From the sequence record MK250017.1: DNA of 64,000 nt. The stretch is one strand, 5' to 3'. Below the pieces are notes generated by a model. The model was not told the DNA's origin and did not search any database. It worked only from the letters and a program-made list of their open reading frames with translations. The position numbers were made by a program, and so were the translations under genes. How positions within the stretch are numbered: the stretch's first letter is position 1; every line of letters starts with the position of its first letter. Shown here piece by piece: positions 62,845 through 64,000 of this stretch.

Positions 62845-63903
62845 TTATTTAGATTTCTTTGTATTTTTATTTGTATTAGATTTATCTGTACTATTAGTTT
62901 TCTTATCTGATTTACCGGTAGATGTATCTTTTTTACCGGTAGATGTATCTGCAGATTTTTTTGCAACATCCTCTTTAGTAATACCTTGATTTGCATATTC
63001 TATAGCTGGATCATTTGAATTATATGGTATTTTTAATTCATCTAACACAATACAAGAATCATTTGTAGAATATATACGTGTATGACTACTTGCAAATTGA
63101 TCTTTTGATGTAAACATTGTTTGTTTAGATGTTGCTGATGCAGTTTGAAATGCATTATCTTTTGAATTTTCAAATATATTACCACCTTGACCGGTAAATG
63201 TTTGATATTCATCATGTACAGGATATGCATTAGAATTTCCCATACCTGCACCACCAGTATCACCAAAACCACCACCGTCTAAACCACCGCCAGAAACTTC
63301 AGTACCTAATCCTGATAAATCAGCTAAGTTTACAGAACCCATTTTACTTAATACTGCATTTGCCCATGATGTTCTGCATGTTAGTGCACCAATATATCCA
63401 TCTTTAAATGTACGTCTGCTACCATCTGCCATATATGATGTTTTACACCATGTATATGATTTCATAGATTGCTATGAACGTAATCTTGTTCCTTTACCTG
63501 CAGAACCATTTTCATAACCGCGTAGCACAATATCAGTTGATTGTCCAACTGATGTAGTTTTTCTTAACAAATTAATAAATGATTCAGAGCATCCTTTTGT
63601 TACAATAGCTATTTGCTAATCTAATGACCAATTTTCTATAGGTCTAGAATTATTGAATTGTCTCTATATTTGACGTTTCCATGCATTAGACCATTGTGCA
63701 AGTCCGGCACCATATCCGGAACCATTTGCAGATGAACCTTTAAATCTTCCAGATTTTTCAGCAGCGTTATATGCTCCAGGATCACAACCAGATTCTTCCA
63801 TAAAACATCCTGCAAATCCAGCAGCCTAGAAATCTTTAAGATGCCATGTATCCATTATTTTCTTTGTTATATAAACACCATTTAATAATTTTTTACCTGC
63901 CAT
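62845..63903 (-). CDS. phage tail lysozyme-domain protein (352 aa, 4 TAGs)
   Basis: ATG 63903; F-TAG-AAGFAGCFMEESG.DP, GAGLAQW, LRGYE fit the phage tail lysozyme family; low-complexity C-terminal tail. Confidence 0.8.
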
Positions 63904-63909
63904 AAATCA

Positions 63910-64000
63910 TTAACCATTAGTTTTAACTGAACTATTTACTATATTTAATGTTGTCGTATTTGATGAAACACTAGAATCCCAAGGATTTATTGGAATTGAT
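63910..64000 (-). CDS. 3' end of a gene starting beyond the window
   Basis: ...SIPINPWDSSVSSNTTTLNIVNSSVKTNG-TAA, 7 nt before the next ATG. Confidence 0.5.
   Translation of the reverse strand, partial: SIPINPWDSSVSSNTTTLNIVNSSVKTNG

Noticed and set aside
62911-62950. 21-nt period repeat encoding KKDTSTG
   Set aside because: Low-complexity linker expansion, not an array.
1-64000. CRISPR array, rRNA, tRNA, integrase or transposase
   Set aside because: No regularly spaced repeats, cloverleaves or recombinase/transposase motifs seen by eye; a tRNAscan/ARAGORN run would be definitive.

Overview
AT-rich 64-kb segment of a T4-like jumbo phage that reads TAG as a sense codon (translation table 15, most likely Gln). 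The recoding, composition and Bacteroidota-type host genes (OmpA, HtpG, TAnnTTTG promoters) point to a Lak-like Prevotella megaphage; that assignment is inference, not a database match. The supplied standard-code ORF track fragments many genes. Re-reading TAG as sense joins them into intact CDSs that all end in TAA or TGA. Contents: replication genes (split family-B polymerase, gp41-like helicase, probable clamp), nucleotide metabolism (dUTPase, Nudix, GMPR/IMPDH, NrdD, thioredoxin), RNA repair (Thg1, Rnl2-type ligase), host-like envelope/stress genes (OmpA, PepO, CNNM, TelA, HtpG, SPFH, S1-domain protein) and late genes (three paralogous fibre-like proteins, a pyruvyltransferase-glycosyltransferase fusion, a hub-like protein with M15 peptidase, a tail lysozyme). 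Highlights: (1) a naturally split, cysteine-free intein whose halves sit on two separately promoted polymerase genes flanking a free-standing Vsr-like endonuclease, with the exonuclease/motif-A part of the polymerase absent from both genes; (2) a LAGLIDADG group I intron in an SPFH lipoprotein gene; (3) nrdD carrying a mini-intein and a GIY-YIG group I intron 62 nt apart, followed by an HNH gene bounded by a 43-bp duplication of the nrdD 3' end; (4) three promoter-like motif classes whose downstream genes differ in TAG use, including lone TAGs near the 5' end of otherwise TAG-free genes. No tRNA, rRNA or CRISPR array was found. Three N-gaps are present (4615-4642, 4860-4920, 35340-35363). All translations and alignments were done by eye.
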